From Candidatus Microgenomates bacterium (GTDB lineage Bacteria; Patescibacteriota; JACPGU01), in NCBI GenBank assembly GCA_016188915.1, contig JACPGU010000001.1:123106-187105 (forward strand): DNA of 64,000 nt. The letters run 5' to 3'. Within the stretch, counting starts at the first letter, position 1. Every line of letters starts with the position of its first letter. Shown piece by piece: positions 54,257 to 63,683 of this stretch. Under the pieces are notes generated by a model. It was not told the DNA's origin and searched no databases. It saw nothing but the letters and a program-made list of their open reading frames with translations. A program made the translations under genes and the position numbers.

Positions 54257-54655
54257 TTAGAAAAGTTTGGGGTTCAAAATACCGGCGGAAAAAAGTTGTG
54301 GCCAAAGATAGAGCGACCGGAGGAAAATTCGCCGTTGCCGATAAAATTTTTTAGAAAAGAAGCGCGCTTCGTATGAAATAACTTCAACTAAGTAAAGTGA
54401 GACTATCAACAAAAGAGCCAAAGAAAAATAATTCATCACGCCGGCAAATCTTGTCTGCCAATCGGTGATTTGCTGGACAACATTCAAAGGACAAAAAAGA
54501 TTGGGGCCGTGGCTCATTGAAACGCACTGGGATGCTTGTTCCGCGTGGCTGTTAGCAAAACTGAAATTAATGCCAAAAATAGCTACGACGAGATAAAGCG
54601 AAGTGAAACTGATAGTCAAAACACGCAAAATATTTTTGGTCAAAACAAATGTCAT
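54257..54655 (-). CDS. small hypothetical membrane protein adjacent to copper cluster
   Basis: Three hydrophobic segments. HAEQASQCVSMSHGPNLFCP segment. Confidence 0.3.
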   Translation of the reverse strand: MTFVLTKNILRVLTISFTSLYLVVAIFGINFSFANSHAEQASQCVSMSHGPNLFCPLNVVQQITDWQTRFAGVMNYFSLALLLIVSLYLVEVISYEARFFSKKFYRQRRIFLRSLYLWPQLFSAGILNPKLF

Positions 54656-54715
54656 AACACTAATATTTTACCACAAATTTTTTACATAGCAAAAAAGAAT
54701 TTATCGAAACTTATC

Positions 54716-56167
54716 TCATTTCATTTTTTTTCTCAACACTTCCATCACCACCTCCGGGTTGGCTTGGCCACGGGTCACCTTCATCACTTGCCCGACAAAA
54801 AAGCCGAGGATTTCTGTCTTGCCGGCGCGGTATTGCGCCACCGGCCCGGGATTGGCGGCAATAATTTCCTGAATGATTTTCTCCAGCTCTCCAATATCCG
54901 AGATCTGCTTGATACCTTCGGCAGATATAATTTCATCCGCGCTCCGACCGCTCTCCGCCATTTTGGCAAAAACATCTTTGGCTATTTTACTAGAAATCTC
55001 GCCCGACTCGATCTTGCTCGCCAAATCTGCCAGATCAGTTGGTTTGATTTTGAAATCGGCAATCGTTTGATTGTTAGCGTTCAGATAACCCAAAACATCG
55101 GTCAAAAGTAAAGAGGCGGTCTTTTTTCGTAGAGACAATTCATGAATTGTCTCTACCGCAGTTTCAAAATACCCTGCTAGATCTATATCACCGACAAAAA
55201 CTTCCGTGTCTTTCTCATTCAACCCAAAATCTTTCCCATATCTCTCTCTTTTCTCCGCCGGTAGCTCCGGTATTTGTCGTTTTAATTCTTCTAAGTCAAA
55301 TGCCTGTTTGTGATTTGAGATTTGTGATTTGTCGTTTCCGACGCGAAGCGGAGGCAAGTCTGGTTCCGGAAAGTACCGGTAGTCATGCGCCTGTTCCTTA
55401 CTCCTCTGCGAAAAAGTTTTTTGCTTCGCCTCGTCCCAACCGCGCGTTTCTTGCGTCACCTTCCCGCCTTCCTCCAAAATTTCTGTCTGCCTTTTGATCT
55501 CGTACGCCAACGCCTTTTCCACTGACGCAAAAGAATTCATATTTTTCACCTCCGCTTTTTTGCCCAGCTCTTTCTGTCCCACGGGACGAACAGAGATATT
55601 AGCATCGCACCGCAAATGTCCTTTTTCCATATCGGCATCAGAAATGTCAAGATAACGCAAGATGAGGCGCAATTCCTGCATGAAAGTTTTGGCCTCTTGT
55701 GGCGTAGAAAAACACGGATTAGTAACGATTTCCAAAAGTGGCGTTCCCGCGCGATTCAAATCCACCAGCGAATAGTCGCCAGCGTGGATTAATTTCCCCG
55801 CGTCTTCTTCGAGGTGGATGTGTTCGATGGTGAAAGTTTTGCTGTCAATCTCTAGCTCTCCTCCTACCAACGGCGGGGTGGTCTGACTGGTTATCTGATA
55901 CGCCTTTGGTAGGTCGGGATAGAAATATTGCTTGCGTTCAAAATTAAATTGGGGCGAGATCTGGCACCCCAAGGCTAGACCCAAAAGATAGGTCCATTCC
56001 AGCGCTTGACGATTGGCGACCGGCAAAGTCCCGGGATGCCCCATGCACACGGGACAAGTGACGGTATTAGGCTCTTTGCCTTCGGCGTCATTATCGCAAC
56101 TACAAAACATCTTGCTCTTTGTTTTGAGCTGGCAGTGGATTTCCAGACCGATGACTGGTTCGTACAT
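54716..56167 (-). CDS. gatB: aspartyl/glutamyl-tRNA amidotransferase subunit B
   Basis: MYEPVIGLEIHCQL...CSCDN...CPVCMGHPGTLPV N-terminal GatB signature. Full length. Confidence 0.93.
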   Translation of the reverse strand: MYEPVIGLEIHCQLKTKSKMFCSCDNDAEGKEPNTVTCPVCMGHPGTLPVANRQALEWTYLLGLALGCQISPQFNFERKQYFYPDLPKAYQITSQTTPPLVGGELEIDSKTFTIEHIHLEEDAGKLIHAGDYSLVDLNRAGTPLLEIVTNPCFSTPQEAKTFMQELRLILRYLDISDADMEKGHLRCDANISVRPVGQKELGKKAEVKNMNSFASVEKALAYEIKRQTEILEEGGKVTQETRGWDEAKQKTFSQRSKEQAHDYRYFPEPDLPPLRVGNDKSQISNHKQAFDLEELKRQIPELPAEKRERYGKDFGLNEKDTEVFVGDIDLAGYFETAVETIHELSLRKKTASLLLTDVLGYLNANNQTIADFKIKPTDLADLASKIESGEISSKIAKDVFAKMAESGRSADEIISAEGIKQISDIGELEKIIQEIIAANPGPVAQYRAGKTEILGFFVGQVMKVTRGQANPEVVMEVLRKKMK

Positions 56168-56170
56168 TTT

Positions 56171-56210
56171 AGTATTAAGTATTAAGTATTAGGTATTAGG
56201 TATTAAGTAT
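56171..56210. repeat. microsatellite (GTATTAR heptamer x about 5.5)
   Basis: agtattaagtattaagtattaggtattaggtattaagtat. Confidence 0.7.
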
Positions 56211-56251
56211 AGCAGAAAAAAGATTTTCTAAAAAGCTGGCAAATTTTATTC

Positions 56252-56280
56252 TTGAATATTAAAAAGTATTGGTGTATGAT
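56252..56280 (+). promoter_or_regulatory. sigma70-like promoter TTGAAT-17-TATGAT
   Basis: TTGAAT 56252-56257, 17-nt spacer, TATGAT 56275-56280. Confidence 0.45.
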
Positions 56281-56327
56281 AAGCCAGTCTTTTGAAGACC
56301 AATCCACCTTGACAAAGGAGACCTGTA

Positions 56328-56705
56328 ATGAAACCTCTCGCAAAAACGGGCCTTCCGAAAGGTGGCTCGCCCGATTCGCTACGGCAGATTTTTATGGTCA
56401 TACATTCCAACGGTTCTTCTCGGCGCAAATTACATCTGGGCGTCAGCGGAAATCCGAGAACATGGATGAGAGCCAAAGGCGACCAAAAGTTTTATATTCG
56501 CTACCACGTCTGGACTTGCGCCCTAGAAGGATCCGAAAAAGATGTCCTTTCTCGCGCCCTGCCTCTGGCCGAACAAGGCGGAGTTCAAATGGCTGACATC
56601 TTCGCCTTTCAGATCTCTCCGCTAGTCAGCGAGAGTCAAAGTCTACACCAAGTAACGCTTTTTTACTTCACCGAGGAAAAACGGGCAAACTCCGCTAAAA
56701 AATAA
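56328..56705 (+). CDS. hypothetical protein
   Basis: ORF downstream of a promoter. No domain. Confidence 0.3.
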   Translation: MKPLAKTGLPKGGSPDSLRQIFMVIHSNGSSRRKLHLGVSGNPRTWMRAKGDQKFYIRYHVWTCALEGSEKDVLSRALPLAEQGGVQMADIFAFQISPLVSESQSLHQVTLFYFTEEKRANSAKK

Positions 56706-56885
56706 CCCGCCATATAACTTTTGTTCGCACTTCGTCCGGGAATAGTTTCCGGTTTCTGCTATTCTCGGCAATATCGCTTTTGGCGCTTCCCCGCTTCCCC
56801 CTCGCGCCGGCCGATATTCTCCAATCTTTCCGCCGGCAAACCACCCCTCAAAAGGTGGTTTTATTTTGCTTTCTTTGGAAAACTA

Positions 56886-56914
56886 TTGACTTTTATCATA
56901 AAAAGGTGTATAAT
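56886..56914 (+). promoter_or_regulatory. sigma70-like promoter TTGACT-17-TATAAT (the -10 overlaps a candidate ATG)
   Basis: TTGACT 56886-56891, 17-nt spacer, TATAAT 56909-56914. Confidence 0.4.
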
Positions 56915-57578
56915 GATAGAGTGGTTTAAAAAATTGAAAGGGGGCCAAACGGCCATCATGAAGATCATTTACAGGAAGAATGGGGAGGAGCGGGAGACCC
57001 AACTATCCCACCTGGTTTTCAGGGGGATCGTCTGGAAGGTGGAGGAGAGATTCAAAAACAAATTCCTCCAGATTTACGCGACTCTCGAGATGCGCGGACA
57101 TCTCTCGACCGTCCTCAAAACGGTCAAAGAAAAAGGGCTGCACGCCATCGCGCAGGAGGCGTCTCCTCCGCTGTGGTTCGTCGCCTCCAACCCGGAACTC
57201 TTGGAAGAACAGGGGCTATCGTTCTCTCAAAGGGAAAATACCCTGATCATCATCAAGAAGAAGTTCCCGAAGAAGCTCCAGGATGATCCCTCTTTGGGGA
57301 TTAACAGCAAATTGGTGATTGTTTGCCAAAAGGTGCAGAAACTGGAAGATCTTCTCCGGCAAGAGGAGGAGACTCGGAGGATCGTCTTGCAGGCGATCAA
57401 TCCTGGCCGGAATGCGGAATTGGTGGGAAAACCCACCCCGCCACCTGCTCCTCCGTCACCTGCCTCGCCACCGACTCTGCAGCCTGGGCTGCAGGAAGCG
57501 ATCGAGAAAATCGGCGAAGAAGACACCGTCAAAATGACGGCCAAGGCGGAGAGGGAAAAGAAAAGACTGGTGGCCTGA
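56913..57578 (+). CDS. hypothetical protein with Pro-rich C-terminal region (alternative start 56958); in-frame ORF continues past TGA to 57830
   Basis: ORF. The TGA at 57576-57578 is followed by 84 in-frame sense codons with no start codon. Confidence 0.35.
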   Translation: MIEWFKKLKGGQTAIMKIIYRKNGEERETQLSHLVFRGIVWKVEERFKNKFLQIYATLEMRGHLSTVLKTVKEKGLHAIAQEASPPLWFVASNPELLEEQGLSFSQRENTLIIIKKKFPKKLQDDPSLGINSKLVIVCQKVQKLEDLLRQEEETRRIVLQAINPGRNAELVGKPTPPPAPPSPASPPTLQPGLQEAIEKIGEEDTVKMTAKAEREKKRLVA

Positions 57579-57971
57579 GAGCTGGAAAAGCGACTCCGGG
57601 AGGCCGAAAGGGAATCGGCCAAAAAGCCCCCTCGTCAAAAAAAGGACTGGCAGAAGACCGAACGAGGGCGGAGGACTCTGGCCCGGGCAGGCAAAGGCAC
57701 CTCCAACCGCCGAACCGGCTGGGATCCCAAGAAAGGGGTTAACCCCGCCGCCGACACCCACGGCCGCAAAAACGGCGGCAAGGCCAAGGCGACCGGGAAA
57801 AACGGCGGAGCCAAGGCCGGGAAGAAGTGATTTCAAAGGACGCGCGTAGCGCGTCCGCCAGCACCCCCGAAAGGGGGTGTTTTTTATGCGCGAATTTTTG
57901 AGAATAAGCAATTTAGAACTATGCTATAATGTGTTTACGACCTATCACCTATAATCTATCACCTAATTACA

Positions 57972-58802
57972 ATGTTCTGCTATTTCAACGACAAAATAGT
58001 GCCTCTGGAAGAAATCAAAATCTCACCCTATGATTTAGGCTTTTTGCGCGGTTTTGGTGTTTTTGATTTCCTCCGCACCTATGGCGGGAAACCATTTCGA
58101 TTGGCTGACCATATCAAAAGATTTCGAGCCAGCGCCAATATCACCAAACTCCCCGTCCCCTATTCCGATGGGAAAATAATGGAGCTGACCGAAGAATTAT
58201 TGGAAAAAAACGGCCGACCGGAGTGCTGTATCAGAATCATGCTCTCGGGTGGTGTAGAACCAAAACTTACCGCGCCGACTTTTCTGATTTTAATTGAACC
58301 CCTCCATACTTTTCCATCCGAATGTTATACGAAAGGTATCAAGGTCGCGACTATTAACGAGCATCGACTTTATCCGACAGCCAAAACGACCTGCTATTTG
58401 CCGGCATTGAAAGCCCAACAAGAATTAAAAAATGAAAATCCTTTTGAAGTTATCTACGCGCCCGACGGCAATGTCTTGGAGGCCTCCACCGCCAACATTT
58501 TCATTGTCAAAAATGGAAAGCTCATCACGCCAAAAGATGGTATTCTGCTTGGTATCACCCGACAGGTGGTGCTAGAGCTATCTGTAGAGACGAAGCATGC
58601 TTCGTCTCTACAGGCGACAGAGTCCGTAATCGTCCTTCAAGAATTATATACCGCCAATGAATGTTTCCTGACCGCCAGCAACAAAGAAATAATGCCGGTA
58701 ACCGAAATAGACGGCCGAAAAATCGGTGATGGGCAAGTGGGCAAAATAACGAAAGAAGTGATGAAACGATTTACCGAATATACAGGCGTTGCTATAGTTT
58801 GA
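57972..58802 (+). CDS. class IV PLP-dependent aminotransferase (branched-chain/D-amino-acid aminotransferase family)
   Basis: Fold-type IV sequence character (FLRGFGVFDFLRTYGGKPF..., conserved Lys region, E..ANIF). Confidence 0.8.
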   Translation: MFCYFNDKIVPLEEIKISPYDLGFLRGFGVFDFLRTYGGKPFRLADHIKRFRASANITKLPVPYSDGKIMELTEELLEKNGRPECCIRIMLSGGVEPKLTAPTFLILIEPLHTFPSECYTKGIKVATINEHRLYPTAKTTCYLPALKAQQELKNENPFEVIYAPDGNVLEASTANIFIVKNGKLITPKDGILLGITRQVVLELSVETKHASSLQATESVIVLQELYTANECFLTASNKEIMPVTEIDGRKIGDGQVGKITKEVMKRFTEYTGVAIV

Positions 58803-58808
58803 GAAAAA

Positions 58809-60134
58809 TTATTCTGCCTTTTTGCTCTGCAAACATTCCAGCACCGCGCAAAAAGCATGGATTTTGCCGCATGGGTCGGAAACACTATGCGCTATGTGCA
58901 TCGCTTCTTTCAAAAATCGCTGGGAACCGCCAGCAGAAGCGGTAACGCACAACGCTTCGACTCTCGCAACATCATTATTCGCGAAAAGCATTAATGCCCC
59001 TCTCGCATCGTTAAACAGTTTCTTCTCTACTAGATCCTTGATGAATAATTGCCCCAATTCACCTCGCAGATCGCTGTCCACCACTCTCTCGGCCAGACAA
59101 TAAGCTTTGGCGCAGTTCTCGTTATTCCAAAACGCGCGCGCCAAGTGGTAGTAATGCCTGTTAAATTCAGAGGAAGATTCACTGACAGAAGAAATCATCA
59201 TATTAAGGGCTACAAACAGTTCCGAAGCATATCTCTCATACCGGTCGCTAACGGAGCTGATTGCATCGGCAACCATGCAGGACAAAAGGAGGCGTTCTTT
59301 CTTGTCCTCCTCTGGAACGCCATTAACAAGAGAGCGCATTCTCCTGATGATTCCCTCATCCGGTTTCGACCCGATGATATGGCGTAACACCTCCAAATGC
59401 ACTGAAGGAAACCGAGAGAGGACGGGATCGCTCTCTGTCGTATTTGCCATATCAGAGCGACCCAACAAGACCTCCGTCCTCACGGCCTCACACAGAAGCT
59501 CCGCCAAAGCGGCTGATTTGTTCGCTCCATCCATACCCTGCACGAAGCTATTAAGATAGCCCATGCCCGTTTTTAGGTATTCGACATCTCTAGTGTCTGT
59601 CGCAATCCGAAAAAACAACAACGGCCGAGGAAACTTCTCTCTCACCGAAAAAGCAAACTTTTTGGCCTCCTCTGCTCCTTTCAAAAGGAGAAAGGTGTCT
59701 ATAAATGCTATCCACGCGGCGCGGGCGCGAGCGCGATTCTCTATACTGTCAGTCAGCCAGGCGCAACTTGCTATTCCCGCGGTCTGGATTTGCTCAAGAA
59801 TTTTTTTATCTCCGAGGACAACTGCGGCGCGACTCAAAACGCACACCTGAAGCCACGTATACTGCCCGAGTATCAAAGGTCGCCGAAAAGCTTCGAGGGC
59901 TTCTCCTAACGCACGCTGGGTTTCCTCCAGCGCAACTCTCCTTTCGGTCTTGGCAAAACTGTCTATAATATCTCGCAAGACCGCTCGAGGATATGTCGCC
60001 CCTTCAACACGCTTTAAAAACTCTGATACTTGCCTAAGAGTAGCGTCATTCATTGCAGACCTCTTTGTTAAGGTATTTCCAGCCCGTGCCCATTGACCAC
60101 AACGCACCCGTCTGCACGCCGTGGGTAAAGACAT
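58809..60134 (-). CDS. hypothetical alpha-helical protein, higher GC (probable start 60053); possible paralog of 4702-5940
   Basis: Ala/Leu/Arg-rich ORF. Local similarity (D..E.LC...A...G) to the 412-aa protein. Adjacent to repeat family 2 copy C. Confidence 0.4.
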   Translation of the reverse strand: MSLPTACRRVRCGQWARAGNTLTKRSAMNDATLRQVSEFLKRVEGATYPRAVLRDIIDSFAKTERRVALEETQRALGEALEAFRRPLILGQYTWLQVCVLSRAAVVLGDKKILEQIQTAGIASCAWLTDSIENRARARAAWIAFIDTFLLLKGAEEAKKFAFSVREKFPRPLLFFRIATDTRDVEYLKTGMGYLNSFVQGMDGANKSAALAELLCEAVRTEVLLGRSDMANTTESDPVLSRFPSVHLEVLRHIIGSKPDEGIIRRMRSLVNGVPEEDKKERLLLSCMVADAISSVSDRYERYASELFVALNMMISSVSESSSEFNRHYYHLARAFWNNENCAKAYCLAERVVDSDLRGELGQLFIKDLVEKKLFNDARGALMLFANNDVARVEALCVTASAGGSQRFLKEAMHIAHSVSDPCGKIHAFCAVLECLQSKKAE

Positions 60135-60246
60135 GACCGGATAGCACCATTATACGATAACTGCGTACTGTGGTCAAAATATTTACTCTACTCCTTACAG
60201 CAACAATCCACGAATTTAATCCGTGCGCTTAAAATATGCCATCCGA

Positions 60247-60289
60247 GAACACGACCTATAACTCACGGCCGTGAGTTATAGGTCGTGTT
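60247..60289. repeat. repeat family 2, copy C (40-nt perfect palindrome ACACGACCTATAACTCACGGCCGTGAGTTATAGGTCGTGT)
   Basis: Seen directly. Same arm sequence as copies A and B, but with no spacer. Confidence 0.7.
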
Positions 60290-60349
60290 TATAATTATTT
60301 GTCACGGAATGGAGCTATTTTTTTGCGCGTGCAAGACATAGCGTCAGGC

Positions 60350-60392
60350 ACAAAATGGGCGCCGATTTGCAGGGAGCAAATCGGCGCCTTTA
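60350..60392 (-). terminator. strong hairpin terminator (12-bp stem GGCGCCGATTTG/CAAATCGGCGCC)
   Basis: Immediately after the stop of the 80-aa ORF. On the minus strand it is followed by CATTTTGTG. Confidence 0.5.
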
Positions 60393-60632
60393 GGTAGACG
60401 CACCTGATGGCGCTGAAGTGGAAACGTCTAATTCATCTTCGCGAAGATCCAGTAAGGCGAGAAAATGATTCGTGCAGGCAAACCTCGCGGTAGATATCAC
60501 AGAAATTATCCCCCCATCGACAATGTGCGTCTTTGCCGAAACCCACATAATTCTCCTCTTGCACCCTTCAGCAAGACATCTATTGCCGTTGCCTTCCTCA
60601 ACAAAATATAATCGCCGAAACACTTTCTTCAC
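60390..60632 (-). CDS. small hypothetical protein
   Basis: ORF only. Confidence 0.3.
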   Translation of the reverse strand: MKKVFRRLYFVEEGNGNRCLAEGCKRRIMWVSAKTHIVDGGIISVISTARFACTNHFLALLDLREDELDVSTSAPSGAST

Positions 60633-60721
60633 CTCCTTTTTTTAAGTTGCGCTGAGAGTAAAGATGTTGCATTGCAACGTCTCTACGAAACAAAAATAGA
60701 CCCATCAAGAGTCCATTCGTG

Positions 60722-61129
60722 TTACATCGCGCCCAAATCCTGCAATGTTTTTTCAAATTTTTTAATTGCGGTTCTTGCTTCAAAATCCATCACATTGTAA
60801 TCCATGTTGTGCACCATTTCATTTCTCAATTTGTGCGCCTGCCACATATCATTGAAAAAGTCGCGGTCAAAATCGTCTCTTGGGATCATTTTCATCCGCT
60901 CCCCCATTGTCTGCCCGCGATAATTTAAGGATTTCAAAACATGGTCTAATAATTTGTCAGCATCTAAAACTGCTGTCTTGAAAGCCGAGGGTCGTCCGAC
61001 TTTCATCAAGGTCTCAATCTCCGCCCATTTTTCCCGCACATAGATCCTCTCTTGTACCGAAAGTCCACCCCGCGCGCTGGGAGAAAAAGAGGGGGTGAGG
61101 AGTTTTTTGAGGAAGGAAAGGAAGGACAT
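60722..61129 (-). CDS. hypothetical protein (DUF4145-like C-terminal region)
   Basis: HKLRNEMVHN segment reminiscent of DUF4145. Start ATG 61129 directly after the brnA stop. Confidence 0.3.
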   Translation of the reverse strand: MSFLSFLKKLLTPSFSPSARGGLSVQERIYVREKWAEIETLMKVGRPSAFKTAVLDADKLLDHVLKSLNYRGQTMGERMKMIPRDDFDRDFFNDMWQAHKLRNEMVHNMDYNVMDFEARTAIKKFEKTLQDLGAM

Positions 61130-61130
61130 G

Positions 61131-61397
61131 TTATTTTTTCGCAATGCCTTGTTTAATATAGCGTTTGATAAGTGACTGATACGGCACATCCAACTCATTG
61201 GCTTGCTCCTTGAGGCGAACCAGAAGAAATGACGGAAGACGAAGCGAGATTGACTGCGAAGACGGCTTGAGATTGGGGAAAAATGCCGGCACGAAATCAG
61301 CGCTGTCAAAATATTCGTCCAGCGATACTTTGTCCCAAAACTTTCTCTCTTCGTCCTCGTTTTTGAATTTTGGTACCTTTAATGATTTCTTAGGCAT
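61131..61397 (-). CDS. brnA: BrnA-like antitoxin (ribbon-helix-helix)
   Basis: MPKKSLKVPKFKNEDEERKFWDKVSLDEYFDSADFV...ISLRLPSFLLVRLKEQANELDVPYQSLIKRYI matches BrnA. 8-nt overlap with brnT. Confidence 0.65.
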   Translation of the reverse strand: MPKKSLKVPKFKNEDEERKFWDKVSLDEYFDSADFVPAFFPNLKPSSQSISLRLPSFLLVRLKEQANELDVPYQSLIKRYIKQGIAKK

Positions 61398-61677
61398 ACA
61401 ATTTCCTTTCTTTCTTATTGATTGGTCGCGCCGATATGACGCGGACATTATTGCTCCTGATAGTAAAAACTATAAAAAGAATTTTATTATTTTTTGTCGC
61501 TCCGAGTAAAATATATCTTTCTTCTTTGTCGGAATGCAATGTGTCTTTTGCTATCTTTTTGCGATAGTCGAAAAAGGACTCTTCGCATTCGCCGGAAGTT
61601 ATTTGATGTTTTTTCCAAATCTTTTCTCTATTGGCGCTGTCCCATTGAAATTCTAATGGTTCTTTCAATATCTTCAT
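61390..61677 (-). CDS. brnT: BrnT-like toxin (DUF497 ribonuclease)
   Basis: FQWDSANREKIWKKHQITSGECEESFFD...HSDKEERYILLGATKNNKILFIVFTIRSNNVRVISARPINKKERKLY matches BrnT. Confidence 0.7.
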   Translation of the reverse strand: MKILKEPLEFQWDSANREKIWKKHQITSGECEESFFDYRKKIAKDTLHSDKEERYILLGATKNNKILFIVFTIRSNNVRVISARPINKKERKLYA

Positions 61678-61791
61678 ATTCCTATTGTATATGTCACACG
61701 CTACATGTCAAGACATTTTCGCGCAAAAAAAGTCCCTCCGCCCACAAGGGTCAGAGGGACCAAGCATCTAAGGGTCAAGAGAGCCGAGGGC

Positions 61792-62517
61792 TTAAGGAGC
61801 CAGTTGCGGAACAACGACCCGCAGCCGACTGCCGGCACCCCACACGCCGGCGCCGCCGAACTCGTAGACGTCCACGACCAGACGACCACCGCCGCTCAGA
61901 CCCACGACGGCAACGAAGAAACGGCCATCTTCCTCCCTGTTAATGAGAAAGAAATACCAGCCTGGGACGAGCTTGTCGCGATGCCTCTCGCAGAAATCGA
62001 CAACCTGGGACTGTTCCCAGTAAAGGGTGCTAAGACTTCGGCCTTTGAATCCTTCGTAGATCTGCCGGAATTTGGCGTTTTCTACTAACTCTAGAACGGT
62101 AGCCATGGCTTTTGAAGTTGGTTTGCTTGGCTTGTCGAGTTCCCATCTCCTGAAATTTGGGCCAATACCATCCTTGAAGACATTCTCCGCGTCAGCGATG
62201 GTTCTCTGGCCGTCCGTATCGAAGATAGGAACGCTCTCGTAGCCAGGAACGACTTTAAGAAATGGATTGATTAGGCCGAGAGCTTTTGCAACATTGGGTT
62301 TCGAGTCGGTGGCGGGAACAATCTTTGCTGTTCCTTGCAAAAAGCTCAAGATGTGAGGCAGATATTCCCTACCTCTTGCGCGCACCATTTCCTCGTCAGT
62401 AGCGCCAGCTCTCACCAACGCATCCACTAACTGCCTTGCCGTGCTCCACTTCAAAGAAGGCATTGCCTTCCTCCTTTCCGGGGCATTGCCCCACCAAAAT
62501 GCTGTTTGGTTTGGCAA
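61792..62517 (-). CDS. hypothetical protein, higher GC (probable start 62463 after AAGGAGG RBS)
   Basis: ORF with its own promoter and a long structured leader. Confidence 0.4.
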   Translation of the reverse strand: MPNQTAFWWGNAPERRKAMPSLKWSTARQLVDALVRAGATDEEMVRARGREYLPHILSFLQGTAKIVPATDSKPNVAKALGLINPFLKVVPGYESVPIFDTDGQRTIADAENVFKDGIGPNFRRWELDKPSKPTSKAMATVLELVENAKFRQIYEGFKGRSLSTLYWEQSQVVDFCERHRDKLVPGWYFFLINREEDGRFFVAVVGLSGGGRLVVDVYEFGGAGVWGAGSRLRVVVPQLAP

Positions 62518-62640
62518 ACATTGTTTGCCACAGCAGAAAGGGGTCTAGCGCGGGAAAAGGTCGTTCCTCGGCCGTAGCGAAGCGAAGGAAGAGGTGCGAC
62601 CTTGAGGAGCGCCAACCAGACCACTTTCTGCTGTGGCAAA
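62511..62640 (-). promoter_or_regulatory. structured 5' leader: 22-bp inverted repeat (TTTGCCACAGCAGAAAGGGGTCT / AGACCACTTTCTGCTGTGGCAAA) enclosing nested hairpins
   Basis: Long near-perfect IR with nested AAGGTCG/CGACCTT helices, between the promoter at 62692-62720 and the RBS. Confidence 0.4.
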
Positions 62641-62691
62641 TTGCTAATTTTCAAAGAACCAAAACTGCGCCATGTTGCCCTCAATACCATT

Positions 62692-62720
62692 ATTCTACTT
62701 CATAGAGCCAAAAATGTCAA
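62692..62720 (-). promoter_or_regulatory. sigma70-like promoter (minus) TTGACA-17-TAGAAT
   Basis: Plus tgtcaa 62715-62720 and attcta 62692-62697. Confidence 0.5.
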
Positions 62721-62826
62721 GTTGTTGGCTCCATGTTTCCACGCGGAGACAGTGTGGACAGTTTCGCTCCATGCAGGCCTCCGGCGAGGAGGAAGCATGA
62801 AGCGAACGAAGATTCTGTGAAAATAC

Positions 62827-62982
62827 CTACAACGCTGGCCACTTCGTATGCCAATCGGTCGCGTTCTGGAAAGCCATGCCGGCGGAGATTAATTTTTCCT
62901 CGCCGAAACGAGGGCCGAGTATTTGGAGCCCGACAGGCAGAGGGGTAGTTGGTAGTTGGTAGTTGGAGAAGATTTGGAAGCG
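62827..62982 (-). pseudogene. remnant of a reverse-transcriptase 3' end (no start codon), homologous to the C-terminus of the RT at 63684-64000
   Basis: Translates to ...LQILGPRFGEEKLISAGMAFQNATDWHTKWPAL* versus the RT ...SGLLGHGNAKKLEKLISIGIAFQNATDWHTKPPLLS*. Bounded upstream by an in-frame TGA. Confidence 0.4.
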
Positions 62983-63055
62983 TCAGATATAGGGGTAAAA
63001 AGTTTTGAGAGGAGAGAGAGATGGCATAGAGGGATCGAGATCAAATGAATAGACC

Positions 63056-63397
63056 CTACCCTGAAATTAAGAGAATTATTTTTTCTTGCAGTTCTTTGAA
63101 AGTATTATTAGCTACTTTTTCTACAAAAGCAACTCCGCGGCTTTGCCAATCAATACTTTTGAGCTGATCGGACAAAATAGCCCCTGTTATTTTCTTGCCG
63201 TTGTGCGCGACTTCAAAAGGATATGTTTTTATTTTGGAGGTAACAGGACAAACGAGCGCGAGTCCTGATCTTTCGTTATAATCTTTTGGCGAAACAACAA
63301 CAGCCGGCCTCCTGCCTTTCTGCTCGTGACCAGATGTAGTGTAAAAATCAACCCAAATACAATCTCCTCTTTCGGGAACATATTTTGTTTTCACCAC
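63056..63397 (-). CDS. mazF: MazF/PemK-family toxin (endoribonuclease)
   Basis: VPERGDCIWVDF...RPAVVVSP...LVCPVTSKIK...AILSDQLKSIDWQSR matches the MazF/PemK fold. Confidence 0.8.
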   Translation of the reverse strand: MVKTKYVPERGDCIWVDFYTTSGHEQKGRRPAVVVSPKDYNERSGLALVCPVTSKIKTYPFEVAHNGKKITGAILSDQLKSIDWQSRGVAFVEKVANNTFKELQEKIILLISG

Positions 63398-63633
63398 ACT
63401 TCCTTTCCCTTTGCATCACCCCAACTAATATGTTCCGGCAGATTTTGAGGGGATATTTTCTTGACGAGATCGACTAGAGTAGTATTTTTTTTCCTAATCG
63501 GCTGAACGACTATATGTTTTCTCCCAGCAACGATAGTAACTGCTACTCCTTCTGACAGATGATAGTGTTCGGCAATGTCTTTGGGTAGACGCACCGCCAG
63601 ACTATTACCCCACTTTTGAACTTTAGTCGTCAT
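63391..63633 (-). CDS. mazE: MazE-like antitoxin (AbrB/SpoVT-type swapped hairpin)
   Basis: VQKWGNSLAVRLPKDIAEHYHLSEGVAV matches MazE. Overlaps mazF by 7 nt. The AGTAGTATCTACT palindrome at 63645-63657 just upstream is a likely operator. Confidence 0.75.
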   Translation of the reverse strand: MTTKVQKWGNSLAVRLPKDIAEHYHLSEGVAVTIVAGRKHIVVQPIRKKNTTLVDLVKKISPQNLPEHISWGDAKGKEVW

Positions 63634-63683
63634 ATGAATTTGCTTAGTAGTATCTACTTAGTATATACATCCTGCTATGACTG

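Noticed and set aside
57576-57830. Alternative genetic code (UGA sense codon, as in some CPR lineages)
   Set aside because: TGA terminates well-conserved genes at their expected ends (e.g. gatB, the first Cys-rich gene) and TAG/TAA are also used. Standard code 11 fits all clear orthologs.
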